This document shows, piece after piece, positions 57,025 to 64,000 of a DNA stretch of 64,000 nt; the stretch's first letter is position 1, and each line of letters opens with the position of its first letter. The notes below the pieces were generated by a model that worked only from the letters and a program-made list of their open reading frames with translations, was not told the origin of the DNA and made no database searches. Position numbers and translations under genes: made by a program. This DNA comes from the human T2T-CHM13v2.0 reference genome, Homo sapiens. The stretch lies in the NCBI RefSeq assembly GCF_009914755.1, contig NC_060944.1; one strand, given 5' to 3'.

Positions 57025-58195
57025 TCAAGCACAGGGACTCATGCCTGTAATCTCAACACTTTGGGCATATAAAGTGGGAGCATCACTTGAGCAGAGGAGT
57101 TTTGGGCCGGCCTGGGCACTGTAGTGAGATCCTGTCTCTACACAAAATAAACATTAAAAATTAGGAGGCTGGGGCGGGAGGATTGTTTGGACCCGGGAGT
57201 TCAAGACCAGCCTAGGCTACATAGAGAAACTCCATCTGTATTGTTAAAGAAAAAAAAATTAAAAATTAAAAAAAAAAAACATGTATTGGAAGAAAATACT
57301 CTGGCAGCTTCAAAACACCTGACAAGAGGGGGAAACCCTGATACAGCTTCAGAACTTCAGCCCATGGAAGCTGCATTCAACAAACTACTGAATCATGTCT
57401 GGTTCCCATGGCAACAGCCCTGAAGCGGCTTCACTGAACAAGACTGAATGTGATCAACTGCCAACATGGAAATATCAACCCTTCCTCTTTGTTTTTCAGC
57501 ATTTCTCTCACTGACATTCTGTGTTGCAAAGCAGGCCTTGGAACGCTGCCCGTATCTCCCTCCTAGATTCACCAAATTTCAGCGGTGAAGCCCCCCTCCA
57601 CTGCATTTTTAGTGTAGAACCTTGCCAGGGTTGGGGGTGGGGGAGGTGGGGGCCACTGCATACATTCTAAAGGACAAGGAAAATAATTTCAGATAGTTCC
57701 TTACCCACCCATGTCCCTCACTAAGAGCCCTGGTTTTTCTCTCAGGCAGTAACGCTTCTTTCTGTTGGACTCAAATCAGCATATTTATGTTCCATAGCAA
57801 GACAGATTTCCTAAGTAAGAGAGAAGCTATTTTTAGAGGATCTTGAAAGGGGGGAAGATCTCAGAAACGACCTAAACTTAGATCCAGCTTTTGGTACAGT
57901 GTGCCTCACAGGGACATAGACTGCACGTGCACAAACATTTCTTGCAGCCTGTTATAAACTTCCTGAGATGCCCTCAAAGCCTGCGCTGGGGTGGGGCCCA
58001 GAGCTTCCCCCTGGAGGTGCCATAGATCCTTGCCCTTCTTTCCCTTTAAGAACAGCACACTGTCAGTTCTCCAGCTCTTGAAGAGCCCTACAATGAGGTC
58101 AGACCATATCAGTGGTACATCTGGGCTGTCTGTCAGTGCATTTGGGTGAGTTCGCTTCGAGGGAAAGAATGTCAGCCGTAGTGAGTTTGTGGTTA

Positions 58196-59062
<867 letters not shown>

Positions 59063-59419
59063 TTAAGCTTTATTGTCCCAAGATAGTCCTAACTTTAGGA
59101 AGTCTTCCTTGGGCAGGGAGTGGCGGCTCACGCCTATAATCCTAGCACTTTGGGAGGTGGAGATGGGTGGATCACTTGAGGCCAGGAGTTCAAGACCAGC
59201 CTGGCCAATATGGTGAAACCCCATCTCTAAAATACAAAAATTAGCCCGGCGTGGTGGTGCGTGCCTGTAATCCAGCAACTCAGGAAGCTGACACATGAGA
59301 ATTGCTTAAGTCCAGAGGCAGAGGTTGCAGTGAGCCGAGATTGTGCCACTGCACTCTAGCCTGGGCAACAGAGCAAGACTCCATCTCAAAAAAAAAAAAA
59401 AAAGTCTTCTTTGAAGATT

Positions 59420-60655
<1,236 letters not shown>

Positions 60656-60675
60656 TGGCCGTGTACAGTGGCTCA

Positions 60676-60992
<317 letters not shown>

Positions 60993-61249
60993 TCAGGAGG
61001 CTAAGGTGGGAGAATGGCTTGAGCCCAGGAGTTTGAGGCTACAGTGAGCTATGATCATGCCACTGGACTCCAGTCTGGGTGACAGAATGAGATTCTGCCT
61101 CTAAAGTAAGTAAATAAATAAATACATAATCAAGCCTCCTTTGAATATTCCAGCCCTCCTTGCTCTGAGCTGCAGATTCCACCCTCTCTTACTGTAGGTT
61201 GCTATTGTTTCATGCTAAGGTTAAGTGAGGCCAAAAGGGTGGAGGCGTA

Positions 61250-61507
61250 GGACTGGTAGCCTTATAGAAAGAGGAAAAGAGAGAGATTGCTGTCTCTCCA
61301 CATGCGTGCACTGAGGAAAGGCCATGTGGGCACACAGCTAGAAGGCAGCCATCTGCCAGCCAGGAAGAGAGCCCTCACCACACCCTGACCTTGCTGTTAT
61401 CCTGATCTTAGGTTTTCAGCCTCCAGAACTGTGAGAAAATACATTTCTGTTGCTTCAGCCACCCAGTCTGTGATATTTTACTATGACAGCCAAAGCAGAC
61501 TAAGACA
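61250..61507 (+). mobile_element. MLT1A/MST-like MaLR LTR 3' half
   Basis: cagcctccagaactgtgagaaaatacatttctgttgcttcagccacccagtctgtgatattt...gcagactaagaca. Confidence 0.75.
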
Positions 61508-61959
61508 CTCCTCTAAGTCCCTCTCTATCCAGATAATCGTCGGCTGGGACAAACTTTAGACACTTCAAAAGCTTGTAATCCATTGACCTTGACTGATCAT
61601 TAAAAATCTTCAACATTATAGCCCCATTATAGTCAGTCACATTTCATATTTATATATGCAGGTGATTTTCTCCACTATCATGAGGCCAAGCTATGGTGTA
61701 AGGAGATGGTTCTCCTGCAGCAGTAAATATGTCTAATAGTTGGATATTAATGTAACCATTAATCTCCCTAGTTCACCCTGAAAAGACACACCTTGTGTTT
61801 TTTTCCTATCTGAAAACTTCCAGTCATTACATCCACATGCAATTGCTGACTCCCAAGGTTGAATGAGCGGCTCATGGTCTTTAGGGCATGTGTTTATAAG
61901 AAGATAGTCTGTGTTTACATTGCCACAATACAATGTTACCTTCTACTGGCTGCCTTTCA

Positions 61960-62121
<162 letters not shown>

Positions 62122-62275
62122 TCAAAAAAACAAAAACAAAAACAAATTGCTTGGCAAATGATGGTTTTTGCAATTTTGGACATGATGCTTAAGTTGACTT
62201 TCAATTTCCAACATGACAGACTACTGAAGTATGTTTCTTTGCAAAGTCTCTAAGATCTACTAAGTGAGGCTTTTA

Positions 62276-62571
<296 letters not shown>

Positions 62572-64000
62572 TCATCTCAAGAATAAAAAATAAAAAAATA
62601 AAGCAGGCTGGGTATAGTGGCTCACACCTGTAATCCCAGGATTTTGGGAGGCTGAGGTGGGAGGATTACTTGAGTCCAGGAAGTTGAGGCCGCAGTGAGC
62701 TATGATTATGCTGTCTAATCATGATTACTCTAGCCTGGGTGACAGAGCAAGATCCTGTCTCAAAAACAAACCCCGAAAAACCAAAAACAAAGCAGAGTAA
62801 GAAGCATCAGCCTTTCTGGTAAGATCTGAGGGGATATAAGAACCCTCTCATTGTCAATGATTTCTCTCACTATTTCAGTACCTAAACAACCTTTACTTGT
62901 CCTTTCTTTTGGATATTACATCTTATATATAATAGCCCTTTATTAATATGATTTTATGCTCATATATATGAATCTGTATGAATTTTTTCTGTGAGAATCA
63001 AACTTAAGAACTGTCACTTTTTTCTTTGTTTTTTTTTTTTTTTGGAGACAAAGTCTCGCTCTATCACCCAAGCTGGAGTGCAGTGGTGGGATCTCAGCTA
63101 ACTACAACCTCCGCCTACCAGGTTCAAGCAATTCTTCTGCCTCAGCCTCCCGGGTAGCTGGGATTTCAGGTGCCCGCCACCACACCTGGCTGATTTTTTA
63201 AAATATATTTTTAGTAGAGATGTGGTTTCACCATGTGGACCAGGCTGGTCTTGAACTCTTGACCTCGGGTAATTTGCCTGCCTCGGCCTCCCAAAGTGCT
63301 GGGATTACAAGCTTGAGCCACCGTGCCCGGGCCCTTTTCTTTTTGTTTTGAGATGGGGTCTTGCTCTGTTACCCAGGCTGGAGTGCGGTGGTGTGATGTG
63401 ACCACGGCTCACTACAGCCTCAATTTCCCAGGTTCAAGTGATTCTCCCACCTCAGCCTCCTGAGTAGCTGAGATTACAGGTGTGCACCACCACACTGGAC
63501 TAACTTTTTCATTTTTTTGTAGAGACAAGGTCTCACTATGTTGCCTAGGCTGGTCTTGTACTGCTGGGCTCAAGCAATCCTCCTGCCTCTGCCTCTCAAA
63601 GAGCTGAGATTATAGGTGTGAGCCGCCATGCCCGCCCGTCACTTTTCTGTATATTCCTAAATAAAATTAAATCTGGTTCAGCCTCTATTGACTTTAGTGG
63701 TAGATAAATTCAACCCCATTTTTCTGGTGAAGAGGTTCCTCTGCAATTCTTTAGGATTATGCCAGCACCCAGGGCTTACTCAGTCCAGATGTCTTGCCTT
63801 CTGATCCACTGGAAGATGTAGAGTTTTACTACCCAGCTCCAGTGTCTTCTCCCCTCAAGTTTAGGTGGAGCCTGTTTGTCAAGGCCTCTGTGTAATACCT
63901 AGGGCCCCAAACCATTTGCATACATGCAGCCATCCCATTCAGAGGCTCTATCTCTACAGAGCTGTAAACCCTTCCTACCAGTGTGCAGGGCAGCTAACAC

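Overview
This is human (primate) genomic DNA. The left ~9.4 kb holds the 5' end of GPCPD1 (glycerophosphocholine phosphodiesterase 1/GDE5) on the minus strand. It includes a CpG-island promoter (~8.9-9.65 kb), non-coding exon 1 (donor at 9178), and exon 2 (2765-2689), which carries the start codon and encodes MTPSQVAFEIRGTLLP-G. The other ~54 kb is upstream intergenic DNA saturated with transposable elements: over 100 Alu copies or fragments by eye count, one full-length older-type SVA, several ERV/MaLR solo LTRs (MER50, LTR8, MER41A, MER21, MER4, MLT1, LTR16), L1PB, L2, MIR and hAT MITEs. Nearly all ORFs in the supplied track are Alu-, SVA- or GC-composition artefacts. I see no new gene system. 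The notable signals are: (i) a candidate GPCPD1 cassette exon whose nearby acceptors give either an in-frame 40-aa insert or a poison exon; (ii) several readable mutational scars, namely a ~330-bp duplication that looks like a giant Alu-insertion target-site duplication, a near-spacerless Alu palindrome assembled from local templates, snap-back or templated insertions, and an SVA with a foreign 5' leader; (iii) promoter and enhancer motif clusters. Repeat subfamily calls come from recalled consensus sequences, and their boundaries are approximate.
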